DNA of 38,868 nt, taken from the NCBI GenBank assembly GCA_044222475.1, contig JBGANF010000075.1, positions 1 to 38,868 of the forward strand, written 5' to 3'. The translations under genes and the position numbers were made by a program. The notes beneath the pieces were generated by a model. It was not told where the DNA came from and did not search any database. It saw nothing but the letters and a program-made list of their open reading frames with translations. Origin of the DNA: Polyangiaceae bacterium (GTDB taxonomy: Bacteria; Myxococcota_A; Polyangia; Polyangiales; Polyangiaceae). The number at the start of each line of letters is the position of its first letter. The stretch's first letter is position 1. This document shows, in pieces, positions 27,706 through 38,868 of the stretch.

Positions 27706-28524
27706 ATGTTCGATCCGACGCAGCTCCTCGGTTCAATGTTGAGTGGCGGTGTGCACCGTCGGCGCACGCGGCATCGCCGCGCTTCCTCGGCGATTCCCGG
27801 CATCCCCGGTCTGGGCGGCCTCGGCGGCGTGGCGGCGGGGGCGCTCGGGATGGCCGCGATCGGCGGTGCGGCGTATTTCGCGTACCAGGCGTTCAAAGGC
27901 TCGAACGGTCCGACGCCCGGTGCGCCGCCGGCGCCGTTCGGTGCGCCGGATCCGTATGCGCAACCGTACGCTCAGCCCTACGCTCAGCCCTACGCGCAGC
28001 CCTACACGCCTCCGTACGCGCAGGCGCCGCAAGATCCCAACATGGGATACGCGCCCGGTGCCGTGCCCTACTACGTGCAAGAGCAGCAGCGCCAACAAGC
28101 AGCCGCTGCTGCTGCCGCTGCCGCTGCTGCTGCGCCTCCTCCAGCCGCAGCCGCGCCGCTCGCCCCGCCGGATCGCGACACCGCGCTCCTCCTCGTCCGC
28201 GCGATGGTCGCCGCCGCCAACGCCGACGGCCAGATCGACGACGAAGAGCGCCGCGACATGGTCGAGCACCTCGGTCGCGCTGGCCTCGGTCCGGCGGAGC
28301 AAGCCGCGCTCACGCAGGAGCTCGCGAACCCGCTCCCGCCGAGCGCGCTCATGGCCGGCATCCGCACGCCGGCCATGGCCGAGCAGGTCTACCTGGTGTC
28401 GCTCGTCGCGATCGACGTCCCCGGTGACGCGGAGAAGGCGTACCTCCGCGGGCTCGCCGCGATGCTGAACCTGTCACCGGCGGTGGTGGCGCGCCTCGAG
28501 GCGCAGCTCGCGCCTCCTACTTGA
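27706..28524 (+). CDS. DUF533 / TerB-like (YebE-type) protein
   Basis: G.A..AYQ N-terminal helix; LLVRAMVAAANADGQIDDEER and EQVYLVS...EKAYLRGLA. Confidence 0.88.
   Translation: MFDPTQLLGSMLSGGVHRRRTRHRRASSAIPGIPGLGGLGGVAAGALGMAAIGGAAYFAYQAFKGSNGPTPGAPPAPFGAPDPYAQPYAQPYAQPYAQPYTPPYAQAPQDPNMGYAPGAVPYYVQEQQRQQAAAAAAAAAAAAPPPAAAAPLAPPDRDTALLLVRAMVAAANADGQIDDEERRDMVEHLGRAGLGPAEQAALTQELANPLPPSALMAGIRTPAMAEQVYLVSLVAIDVPGDAEKAYLRGLAAMLNLSPAVVARLEAQLAPPT
27951..28023 (+). repeat. In-frame 12-bp tandem repeat encoding (PYAQ)n
   Basis: ccgtatgcgcaa ccgtacgctcag ccctacgctcag ccctacgcgcag..., followed by a Gln/Ala tract at ~28084-28134. Confidence 0.85.
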
Positions 28525-29377
28525 GCGCCGAGCAGCAGCGAAACCCGGTCGAGTAGTCGTGGTAGCGGAAGTGGTGCGCAGTGGTCCGGTAGGCGCAGCC
28601 TTCGCCGTTCACCGTGGTGTCGAGGAAGTACCCGCCTTGGAACGTGCCGTTCGGATCGGACGTCCACTCGTGGAGGTTTCCCACCATGTCGAACGCGCCC
28701 CAGTCGTTGAGGCACGCGTTGAACGCGCCGGTCTTGGCGACGGTGCCTTCCATGACGTCGTTGCGCGGATCGTTGAGATCCTCGAGGTTCCACCCCGGCC
28801 ACCCGCGCGTGTTCGGCGGCGGCGGATGATAGGCGAGCATCGGGTTCTTGCCCGCGTCGTTGCATTTGCCCGCGGCGTGCGTCGTCCCATAAGGGTACAC
28901 GGTGGCGTTCGATCCACCGCACGCGAGCCGCCACTCGGTCGGGTTGCAGAGGCGCTTGCCCACCGCACCGCACGCGGCCTGCGCTTGCTCGGCGCTGATG
29001 TACGCCTGAGGGACGACTCCGGCGACGCTCCGCGCCGCGTATCGCTTACCGTCTTCGAGGGGGAGGTTTGCGGCGTGCGGAGTCGTCGAGCCGTCGGCGG
29101 CGAGCTCGACGATGGACCCTTCGAACCGATCGACGCAGAACCGATCGTCGACCTTGGCCATGTCGCTCGGGCACGATCCGCCGGCGCGAGTGACCGGGAG
29201 CGCCCCTTCGTCGACGGCGCGGGTCGTCCCCTTGTAGGCCGCGAGCGCGGCTTCGATGGTGCCGGGGTCGCCGGGGTGCGTGCGTCGATGCGTCGGCGTG
29301 GGCGCGGCTTGCGCAAACAGGGTCGCGGGCGTCGCGCAGAGCACGATCACGGCGACGGCCTTCCTCCACGTCCGCAT
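28517..29377 (-). CDS. Formylglycine-generating enzyme (FGE/SUMF1) family secreted protein
   Basis: FCVDRFE, GKRLC..EW..AC, FDMVGNLHEW, TGFRCC; signal peptide. Confidence 0.9.
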   Translation of the reverse strand: MRTWRKAVAVIVLCATPATLFAQAAPTPTHRRTHPGDPGTIEAALAAYKGTTRAVDEGALPVTRAGGSCPSDMAKVDDRFCVDRFEGSIVELAADGSTTPHAANLPLEDGKRYAARSVAGVVPQAYISAEQAQAACGAVGKRLCNPTEWRLACGGSNATVYPYGTTHAAGKCNDAGKNPMLAYHPPPPNTRGWPGWNLEDLNDPRNDVMEGTVAKTGAFNACLNDWGAFDMVGNLHEWTSDPNGTFQGGYFLDTTVNGEGCAYRTTAHHFRYHDYSTGFRCCSALK

Positions 29378-29595
29378 CTCTAGGAGCTACCAGTTTTCGC
29401 GGTTGCCGTCAGCAATCCGGCTATCCGGCGTCTTTCCATCGCCGACCGCGTCCATCGAGCGGACCCTACACGCTGGAAAATACCGTCATCGGTATTGGGC
29501 TCGAAACCCACCCTAGCCTGGATTGGCTCCATAAAAAAAACCGTGGTCCGGTCACTCGGGCGCGGTCGGCTGAGAATCACTATCCTCGGAGCCCC

Positions 29596-31041
29596 ATGAC
29601 GGTCTCCGAAGCGCTCCGCATGACGATCGAATACGCCGGGCTCGAGACCGACGAGCGCGGGCTTCTTCCTCTCGCCAAGGCGCGCGCGATCCTCGCCGCG
29701 ACCGACGTCTACCCGGGCGCACCGGTGCACGAAGGGCGCACCCCGGACGAGACCCAAGACGTCACCGCATCGCACGCGATCCACGCCGCGCTCGTCTCGC
29801 TCGAGTCCGCCGACGAGGCGCTCGGTCACCTCACGCGACTGACGTTCGGGAAACCCCTCTACGATGCGACGACGTTGATCGAGCGCTACGGCGCGACGAT
29901 GCTGCCTTGGCTCGCCGGGGGCGTCGAAGGCGGAGTCCTCCAATCGAAGTCGTGGGAGCTCGAGCCCGCGCTCGCCCAGCTCGGCACCGAAGACGCATTC
30001 GAGCTCCTGTTGAAGCTCACCGTGATCGCCTTCGACTACGAGCCGCGAAAGGCGCCGATCGGATCGGTCGCTGCCATTCCGGATCTCGACCCCAAGGCTC
30101 GCGTCGACATCCGCGTCGTCCGGGGAATCACCCAGTTCCTCGCGGCGAACCCGATCGTCGCTGCGCGCGTCCTCTCGCGACGCATGGCGAAGGAACCCAA
30201 GAACAAGCGATGGAAGGAGATCGCGCGCGAGCTGCCGGAGACTCCGGAGGTCTTCGAGGTCCTCGGCGGTCCGATCCCGCCGGATCCGGCGACGCCCAAG
30301 CTGATCCTCGCCGTCCTCGACGCTGCCGCGAAGGATGCCTCGCCCCAGAGCTGGCCGAAGTTCGCCACCGGCATCGAGGACGACTCCGCAGGGTACGAGT
30401 ACTTCGCGCTGCGGCTCGTCGGGGTGCGCGCGAAGGCTGGGGATCACTGGGGCGTCGCGCTCGAGCGGATCAGCGGATCGTTTTCACCGTGGGAGCCGAC
30501 CCGCATCGAACGGTTCCTCTACGGCTCGCGCATCCGCGACGGCGGGCGAGCGAGCGAGACGCCGATCGCGTTCGTCCTCGATCGCGTCCCCGATCACGCG
30601 AACGGCGAGACGCTCGGGCTCGATCTCGACGGCGTCACCGTCTCCGGACCGGCGGGGAGCCTCGCGCTTTCGAACGCAATGGTCGCGAAGCTCGATCTGA
30701 AGCCCGGGCTCGGGAGCGAGGACGAAGGGGACGCGGGGTTCAACGTCCGACTACGCGCGTACCTCGCGACGTTCCCCGACGCGTTTTGGGAACCCGCGAG
30801 CGTCGCCGCGACGGCGCTGGGCATCCCCGACGGCGAGATCCTCGTCGACACCCGCGCGTTCGCCCACGCGACCGGTGCGACGTACCGGCGCGGCAAGAAG
30901 AGCGCGTGGCAGATCGTGCCGAGCAAGTCGGAAACGTACAAGTCGCTCGCAGCAGCGATCGCGAAGCGCGACGCGAAGCTCTTCGTGCCGGCGGAACCGA
31001 ACGTCGACTTCAGGCTCCACGCGACGACGAAGATGCGCTGA
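29596..31041 (+). CDS. Hypothetical protein (481 aa)
   Basis: Long ORF with normal amino-acid composition and GC3 bias; TATCCT upstream. No family recognised with confidence. Confidence 0.75.
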   Translation: MTVSEALRMTIEYAGLETDERGLLPLAKARAILAATDVYPGAPVHEGRTPDETQDVTASHAIHAALVSLESADEALGHLTRLTFGKPLYDATTLIERYGATMLPWLAGGVEGGVLQSKSWELEPALAQLGTEDAFELLLKLTVIAFDYEPRKAPIGSVAAIPDLDPKARVDIRVVRGITQFLAANPIVAARVLSRRMAKEPKNKRWKEIARELPETPEVFEVLGGPIPPDPATPKLILAVLDAAAKDASPQSWPKFATGIEDDSAGYEYFALRLVGVRAKAGDHWGVALERISGSFSPWEPTRIERFLYGSRIRDGGRASETPIAFVLDRVPDHANGETLGLDLDGVTVSGPAGSLALSNAMVAKLDLKPGLGSEDEGDAGFNVRLRAYLATFPDAFWEPASVAATALGIPDGEILVDTRAFAHATGATYRRGKKSAWQIVPSKSETYKSLAAAIAKRDAKLFVPAEPNVDFRLHATTKMR

Positions 31042-32107
31042 CCGTCCGCAAGAGCTCCTCGATCCGAAGCATTGCCGAGAGATCTCCTTCGCGGTGCGCG
31101 TGATCCATCGCCCCGAAGAGGTGCGTTTGCTCGAGGAACAAACGGTCGGGCGCGCGCTCGAGCATGGCCACGTAGTGCTTCGCGATACGGTCGGGAGGGA
31201 ACGTGGTCCACTTGCGGATCGCGTGGCGGACGACTGCGTGGAGCGCGAAGCGCCCTTCGAGTGGCTCTTGAACGAGGTGCCAGCGGAGCGGCAATCGCAG
31301 CGCCGCAGCCCCGTCGGTGCGTGCGAGCGTACCGAGGGATTTCGCGTCGGCGTTGTCACCCTCGAGATGAGCGAGGACACTCAGCACGCGCCGACTCTCT
31401 GGGGACAACCGCTTCCACGCGAAGCGAACGAGCAGTGCGACCTCCGGAAGGTCGTCCTCGTGCTCGATCACGTGGACGTCGCCGAGGCCGCCGCGGGCCA
31501 GCTCGCGCCCCAGCGCGTCCACGCCGATCACGCGCGACGCGACGAGCGCGTTCGCGATGTCGAGAGCGAGCGGATTCCAGCGCAGGGCCCGCGTGAGCGC
31601 CGCGACCGCCGGGAACGCGTTCCGTCCCGTCGTCACGAGCGGCGGCGTCACCGGGTAGATCAGCACGCCAGCGAGCAGGCACCTCCGCGCGGTGACCACG
31701 AACGTGGCCTTCGTGCCCTGCAAGGCGTCGAGCACGCGCGCGGTCGCGGCGTCGACCTCGTGGTTGTCGAGCACGATGAACCTCGGCGGCCCGTCGCGGA
31801 GAAATCGCCGAAGGGCGGAGGCCATCTTCTTGCGCTCGCGCGTCGTCCCAAAATGGAGCGCGAGCATCTCGAAGAGCGTCGACGGATCCCACGCGCCGAT
31901 GCGAAACCAATGGAGCCGGCCGCCGAAGAACCGGCGCATCCGGTGGCCCAACGCGGCGGCGAGCATCGACTTGCCACTCCCGCCGGATCCGACGAGCGAA
32001 AGGCGCGTCGGCGCCGCGCGCTCGATCGCGCGCTCCAGCGTGGCGAGCTCGCTCGCTCGGCCCTTGAGTCCTCTCGGCGGAGGTGGAAAACGGGGATCGG
32101 TGGTCAG
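31010..32107 (-). CDS. Compact NB-ARC/STAND P-loop ATPase
   Basis: LKGRASEL, Walker A GSGGSGKS, Walker B FIVLDN, VVTAR, NPLAL, LHAVVR. The frame extends upstream of ATG 31966 to a CTG at 32107. Confidence 0.75.
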   Translation of the reverse strand: MTTDPRFPPPPRGLKGRASELATLERAIERAAPTRLSLVGSGGSGKSMLAAALGHRMRRFFGGRLHWFRIGAWDPSTLFEMLALHFGTTRERKKMASALRRFLRDGPPRFIVLDNHEVDAATARVLDALQGTKATFVVTARRCLLAGVLIYPVTPPLVTTGRNAFPAVAALTRALRWNPLALDIANALVASRVIGVDALGRELARGGLGDVHVIEHEDDLPEVALLVRFAWKRLSPESRRVLSVLAHLEGDNADAKSLGTLARTDGAAALRLPLRWHLVQEPLEGRFALHAVVRHAIRKWTTFPPDRIAKHYVAMLERAPDRLFLEQTHLFGAMDHAHREGDLSAMLRIEELLRTVSASSSSRGA

Positions 32108-32111
32108 CTGG

Positions 32112-32960
32112 TCAGAGAGCGTACTTCTTCTTCAGGTACGAAGTCAGCTCGCCGAGCGCGGTGTCGTCGACCGTGCCGGTGGAGAGCACCACCTCGCAGA
32201 TCGAGCCCTTGATCTGCGAGCCGATGGTGAGCTGACCCGAAACGTCGCCGACGGGGGGATTGAGCACGGAAGCGTTGGCTCCGTCGGCGAGCACTTCGAG
32301 CTTCGTCGCGCTCTTGCGCATCCCGACGACGTGCGGCTTCTTGTCGTTGAAGATCGCTTGGGGAGCGAACGCCGCCTTGCCGCTCCCGGAGACGGTGAAG
32401 CTCGCCATGAGGTCAGGCGGGCTGACCGTCAGCTCGGTGTGCGTCGTGCCCGTTGCTTCGGAGCGGAACAGATCGGCGGCGTTGCTCGTGGGCAGATCGG
32501 TCTGGAAGACGAGCATCACCGTGAAGTCGCCGCTCATCTTGGCGTTCTGTGGAGACGGCACCTTGAGCTCGACCGGCGTTCCCGTTTGCGTGAAGTAGAC
32601 GCAGTCGCGGTTGTTGACCTTGCCGGAGAGCATGGGCTGATAGGTCGCGTTCTGTTGGATCGCGTCGTTGGCGTTTCCGGACTGGTCGGCCCACTTCGAG
32701 ACTTTGCTCCCGCCTCCCGCGGTCACGCCGAGGGAGCCGTCGAGCCACATCGCCAGCGCGGGCAGCTTCTTCGGGGTCCACGGGCCGGCCGGAGCATCAC
32801 CGCCGCCGTCGGCCGGCGGGCTCGGTGCGTCCGTGCCCGAGTCCACGACCACCGCGGTGTCGGTGCCCGAGTCCGGAGTCGGAGGTCCGATGGCTGCGTC
32901 CCCCACGCAGCCAGAAATCAGCGCCGTCGAAACGAGCCCAGCGAAGAAGCGGGAGTCCAT
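32112..32960 (-). CDS. Lipoprotein with LamG/concanavalin-like domain
   Basis: LISGC lipobox; LAMWLD...VSKWADQSGNANDA.Q...P; C-terminal SYLKKKY. Confidence 0.8.
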   Translation of the reverse strand: MDSRFFAGLVSTALISGCVGDAAIGPPTPDSGTDTAVVVDSGTDAPSPPADGGGDAPAGPWTPKKLPALAMWLDGSLGVTAGGGSKVSKWADQSGNANDAIQQNATYQPMLSGKVNNRDCVYFTQTGTPVELKVPSPQNAKMSGDFTVMLVFQTDLPTSNAADLFRSEATGTTHTELTVSPPDLMASFTVSGSGKAAFAPQAIFNDKKPHVVGMRKSATKLEVLADGANASVLNPPVGDVSGQLTIGSQIKGSICEVVLSTGTVDDTALGELTSYLKKKYAL

Positions 32961-32969
32961 GTGGTCGCA

Positions 32970-35033
<2,064 letters not shown>

Positions 35034-35282
35034 GAGGGGGAGGTTACCACGCCGAGCGTTTTGTCTTTCTGGTCCGGAGCGGGCCCCAAACCTGCGCTCC
35101 ATGACAAAAGTGCACACCCCCGCCCCATCCATGCGTTCACAGTCGCCCCGACCGAAGTCGGAGATCGCTCGGGAACCGCTGGATTTGGGTGATTGCGAGG
35201 AGCCCTACCGAGGCTTAATCTTTGCAGGTGGAATGCCAACGTACCTCGTCTTCGAAGTGTCGGGAGAGGTAGGAGCCGGCCC

Positions 35283-36758
35283 ATGATCCCTCGCATCCCT
35301 CACCACCAGCTCGTCACCGTCGTCACGCTCGGAGTCGCTTCGCTCGGTCTGCTGAGCGGCTGCGCGGGTTACTACGGTGCCGGCTACCAAGGCGGCGCCG
35401 CGTCGACGTCCTACGGACAGTCGGGCGTCGTTTACAACGGCGCGGGCGCGAACACGCAAGGCACCGAGGTCGTCGACGAAGACGGCAACGTCATCGGCGT
35501 CACGACGAACCAGCAGGGGCAGCAAGCTCCGGGCACTCCCGGCCAGGAGATCTACATCGGCGCCGACGAAGACGACTATGTGGACACCGATCCGTCGGCG
35601 CTCACCGAGTTCCGCGGCACGCTCGATCCGTACGGCACCTGGTACGACGACGGAACGTACGGAACCGTCTGGGTGCCTTCGCCCACGGTCGTCGGCGCAG
35701 ACTTCGCGCCGTACGTGACGGCGGGTCACTGGGTCTATGCCGACGACTACGTTTGGGTCAGCGACTACGACTGGGGCTGGGCTCCGTTTCACTACGGGCG
35801 TTGGGTCTACATCACGGGTCGCGGTTGGGCGTGGATCCCGGGTCGTCGGTACGCGGGCGCGTGGGTGTCGTGGCGCGTCGGAAACCCGGGCTACGGGTAC
35901 GTCGGCTGGGGGCCGCTCGCGCCGACGTGGTATTGGCGCAGCGGCGTCGCGGTGGGCCTGAGCTACTACCCGCCGACGCCGTACACGTTCTGCGGCGTGG
36001 GTGATCTCTTTCACCCCGTCGTGCACACGCGGGTGGTCGCCGGTCCGGCGGTGCAGAACATTGCTGGCGGTACCCGCGTGTGGACTCCGGCGCAGCCGGC
36101 GGTCACGGGTCGCACGCCTGCATCGCCAGGCGTCGGGCTTCAGCCGGCCGGTGCCGGCGGTCGCATGATGGGGCCGCCTCCGGGCACGCTCGGCATTCAG
36201 CCGCAGGCGGTAGTTCCGCCGCCTCCGGGCGACCGCGGGTTGCTACGCGCACAGCAGTTCTCGCGCCCGGCCACCGCCGTCGCGGCGGGTGGGCGTCCGC
36301 CGCAGGTCTTCCAGCCGGCCCACCCGACGCAGCTCGACGCGCGCCCCCGTCTTCCGACCACCGTCGTGCAGGGCGGCCCGCAGGCGTACACGCCGCGCCC
36401 GACGCAGATCTCGCCGCCGCCCACCTACCAGCAGCCGCAGGTGTATCGCGCGCCGCAGGGGCCGCCGCCGTCCGCGTACCAACCGATGCCGTCGTACGGC
36501 ACCGGCGCCTACGCGCCTCCGCCGACGTACGTGCGTCCGGCGTCGCCACCGCCGACCTACACGCCTCCGCCGACGTACCAGCAGCCGCAGGTGTTCCGGC
36601 CGCCGGCCTACACGCCGCCGCCGACGTACCAACAGCGTCCTTCGGCGCCTCCGCCCCAAATACGCGTCGCCCCCGCGGTTCCATTCGGTGGCGGTGGTGG
36701 TGGTGCGGTGCGAAGTGCGCCCCCAGCAGGCGGCGCTCAGATGATGCGTCGACGTTGA
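35283..36758 (+). CDS. DUF6600-like lipoprotein with Pro-rich C-terminal tail
   Basis: LLSGC lipobox; LDPYGTW...PY..GHWVY...WVSDYDWGWAPFHYGRW; PPPTY repeats. Confidence 0.8.
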   Translation: MIPRIPHHQLVTVVTLGVASLGLLSGCAGYYGAGYQGGAASTSYGQSGVVYNGAGANTQGTEVVDEDGNVIGVTTNQQGQQAPGTPGQEIYIGADEDDYVDTDPSALTEFRGTLDPYGTWYDDGTYGTVWVPSPTVVGADFAPYVTAGHWVYADDYVWVSDYDWGWAPFHYGRWVYITGRGWAWIPGRRYAGAWVSWRVGNPGYGYVGWGPLAPTWYWRSGVAVGLSYYPPTPYTFCGVGDLFHPVVHTRVVAGPAVQNIAGGTRVWTPAQPAVTGRTPASPGVGLQPAGAGGRMMGPPPGTLGIQPQAVVPPPPGDRGLLRAQQFSRPATAVAAGGRPPQVFQPAHPTQLDARPRLPTTVVQGGPQAYTPRPTQISPPPTYQQPQVYRAPQGPPPSAYQPMPSYGTGAYAPPPTYVRPASPPPTYTPPPTYQQPQVFRPPAYTPPPTYQQRPSAPPPQIRVAPAVPFGGGGGGAVRSAPPAGGAQMMRRR

Positions 36759-36782
36759 GCAGGTCCACCGAAGGAGCTCCCT

Positions 36783-37355
36783 GTGATTCGATTCTCCAAC
36801 CTCTCGAACGTGGCTCTCGCTCTGGCGGTCTTCGCCTTCCCGCTCGCCGTCGCGTGCGGCCCGGGTGACCGATCCCCTCGCAACAACAACAACCCACAAC
36901 CGACCGCGACCGTTCCTGTCGTCGTCGATCCGATCACGGTCGTCGTCGACACGAACCAGACGATGACCGCCGTCGGTGGGGATGGCGTCGGTGTCTTCGT
37001 CGAGTACAAGTCGGGCGGCCACTGGGCCGTCTGGTGGACCTGCGACACGACGCGCTCCAAGTTGGGATGCACGTTCACCATCACCGGCACCGCGGCGGGC
37101 AACCTCAAGAACCTCACCGGCGACAAGGACGCGCAGCTCATGAACGGCGGGCTCTCGGTCTCGTCGACGGTCGCGACCGAGGTCCACGAGATCGGCTTCG
37201 ACACGAACCCCGGCGAGAAGCTCACGTTGAACGCGAAGGTCGCAGGGATCGACCCGACGTCGTCGCTCTTTTTCTTCGTCCAGGACGGGAAGATCAACGG
37301 GGGATTCACCGGCAAGCTCACCAATCCGCTGATCTTCCAGCCCTCGTCGCCCTAG
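36783..37355 (+). CDS. Hypothetical lipoprotein
   Basis: AAGGAG SD, GTG start, LAVAC lipobox. Confidence 0.8.
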   Translation: MIRFSNLSNVALALAVFAFPLAVACGPGDRSPRNNNNPQPTATVPVVVDPITVVVDTNQTMTAVGGDGVGVFVEYKSGGHWAVWWTCDTTRSKLGCTFTITGTAAGNLKNLTGDKDAQLMNGGLSVSSTVATEVHEIGFDTNPGEKLTLNAKVAGIDPTSSLFFFVQDGKINGGFTGKLTNPLIFQPSSP

Positions 37356-37375
37356 CTCGCCGTAAGCTCAGACGG

Positions 37376-37825
37376 ATGAAGGTCGTGATCGGGCTCGGGG
37401 CGAACCTGGGCGATCGAATTGGCACTCTGCGATCGGCCGCGTCGTCCATCGAGGCGTTGGGTCACGTACGCGCGAGGTCGGCGGTGTACGAGACCGAGGC
37501 GCTGGTCTTGGCGGGCGCACCACCGCAGCCGAAGTACCTCAACGCGGCGGTGCTCCTCGAGACCGACCTCGAGCCCGAGGCGCTGCTCGATCGGCTGCTC
37601 GAGATCGAGCGAGCACCGCGCACGATCGATCTCGACATTCTGTGGATCGATGGCGTGACCCACGCGACGGAGAAGCTCGTCGTTCCGCATCCGCACCTGC
37701 GTGAGCGAGCGTTCGCGCTCCGGCCGTTGCTCGACGTCGCCCCGACGGCGAAGGACCCCGAGACGCGGGCGGGATATCGGTTGAGCACGGGGAACGCGGT
37801 CGAGCAGACCGACCACCTGCTCTAG
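37376..37825 (+). CDS. folK: 2-amino-4-hydroxy-6-hydroxymethyldihydropteridine diphosphokinase (HPPK) with an internal in-frame deletion
   Basis: IGLGANLG, S.VYET, YLNAA, PRTIDLDIL, VPHP.L.ERAF.L.PL. Confidence 0.92.
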   Translation: MKVVIGLGANLGDRIGTLRSAASSIEALGHVRARSAVYETEALVLAGAPPQPKYLNAAVLLETDLEPEALLDRLLEIERAPRTIDLDILWIDGVTHATEKLVVPHPHLRERAFALRPLLDVAPTAKDPETRAGYRLSTGNAVEQTDHLL

Positions 37826-37840
37826 CGTACTCTACGACGC

Positions 37841-38868
37841 GTGCAGCGCCTCGACGTCCTACCGTTTCGCGCCGAACCGCACCCGGAGCTCGGCGGCATC
37901 CAGGTGAGACTCCTGCCGCTCATGGTCACGCTGCCGTTCGCAGTCGTCCAGGCGCTCTCTGACGCGAGGCTCGGCCAGATGGTGCGCGAGGCGGCGCGCC
38001 CCTACCTCGTGATCGACCTCACGGCCGAAGACTTGCAGCCCGACTCGCTGCAGTGGATCGCGTCGACGTGGGCTCCGATGTTGTACCAAGTTGGGATTCA
38101 GCGCCTCGCGATCGTCGCGAAGACGCCGGGGCTCGCTGCGCCCTACGCGCAGGCAGGCGGGCCCGTCCAGGTCGCCGTCTTCGGCGCCGGCGATCTCGCA
38201 GGGTTGCGCGGGTTCCTGGGCCTGCCGGCCGCCATCCCCGGGGGACGCTCGCTCCCGCTCGCGCTCCTTCCACGCGCGTGGGGGTTCGCGACGTTCGTCG
38301 GAGCCCTCTTCGGGGCCCTTCTCGGAGGCGGGATGGCGAAGCTCTGGCTCGCGCTCGGCGGCCACGCCGAGATGGCGGAGTTTCTCTACTCCGTCGTTGG
38401 CGCGTTCGTCGGGCTCGCGTGTGGCGTCGCCGGCGTGCTCGCGGTGCACTTCGCGCGCGGCATTCCTCGGGCGAGTATCGCGTGGGACGACGAGGGCATC
38501 ACCGAGCTCCTGAACGACAAGCCGGCGACCCGCATCGCCTGGGCGGAGGCGCAGGTGGGTCTCCTGAAGAGCACGCTCGTCTACAAGAACCGCGGCATGG
38601 TCACCGGCCGCTCCGAGGGCTACACCGTCCAGATCCGCGATCGCAGCGGTCGGTCGATCACCTTCGGCGACGGACACCAGCACCCCGACTGGCTGCGCAA
38701 CCGGCCCGCGTGGGTCGAGTCGATCCCCTACGAGATCCGCGCTCGCGGACAGGCCGTCCCCATCGTCCAGGACAAGCTGGGTCTCGGTCGCGGCGCGCTC
38801 GCCGTATTCGGCATCGTCGCGCTCCTCTCGTACGGCGCGCTGATGGTCGGGAGCGTGGGCGAGACGTG
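37841..38868 (+). CDS. Hypothetical membrane protein, truncated by the window end
   Basis: Not in the ORF track. Open from GTG 37841 (VQRLDVLPFRAEPHPELGG...) to the end, with two TM helices, a soluble domain (IAWDDEGITE...IAWAE) and a further TM. Confidence 0.75.
   Translation, partial: MQRLDVLPFRAEPHPELGGIQVRLLPLMVTLPFAVVQALSDARLGQMVREAARPYLVIDLTAEDLQPDSLQWIASTWAPMLYQVGIQRLAIVAKTPGLAAPYAQAGGPVQVAVFGAGDLAGLRGFLGLPAAIPGGRSLPLALLPRAWGFATFVGALFGALLGGGMAKLWLALGGHAEMAEFLYSVVGAFVGLACGVAGVLAVHFARGIPRASIAWDDEGITELLNDKPATRIAWAEAQVGLLKSTLVYKNRGMVTGRSEGYTVQIRDRSGRSITFGDGHQHPDWLRNRPAWVESIPYEIRARGQAVPIVQDKLGLGRGALAVFGIVALLSYGALMVGSVGET

Noticed and set aside
29378..29595. Intergenic region with an A8 tract as possible ncRNA or terminator
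   Set aside because: No convincing stem or known RNA motif; most likely a divergent promoter region.
36400..36660. PPPTY(QQ) repeats as a mobile or diversity-generating repeat
   Set aside because: Ordinary low-complexity Pro-rich protein tail; no reverse transcriptase or template repeat nearby.
37859..38683. 274-aa minus-strand ORF
   Set aside because: Shadow of the plus-strand membrane protein starting at 37841.

Overview
GC-rich, gene-dense bacterial chromosomal window with about 40 genes. The gene content points to Myxococcota (Polyangiaceae-like): many Cys/Gly-rich lipoproteins, a myxobacterial ferritin-like protein and a PrkA-family kinase. This taxonomy is an inference. Contents include an ArsR-SRPBCC pair with a palindromic operator and an MFP-RND-OMF efflux operon preceded by a small exported ORF ending in RGPPA, a candidate ribosome-arrest leader. 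There are two paralogous antitoxin/PIN-toxin modules, one of them decayed, and orphan immunity-like genes (ankyrin, HEAT-like, SMI1/KNR4). Also present are a UDG-like gene, an ABC export operon, DUF533, an FGE-family protein, a compact NB-ARC ATPase that appears to need a CTG start, prkA, and a folK lacking its catalytic loop 3. About a dozen genes have a TANNNT box 6-9 nt before the start codon, suggesting widespread leaderless transcription. No rRNA, tRNA, CRISPR array or transposase was recognised. All family calls come from reading motifs by eye; no searches were run.
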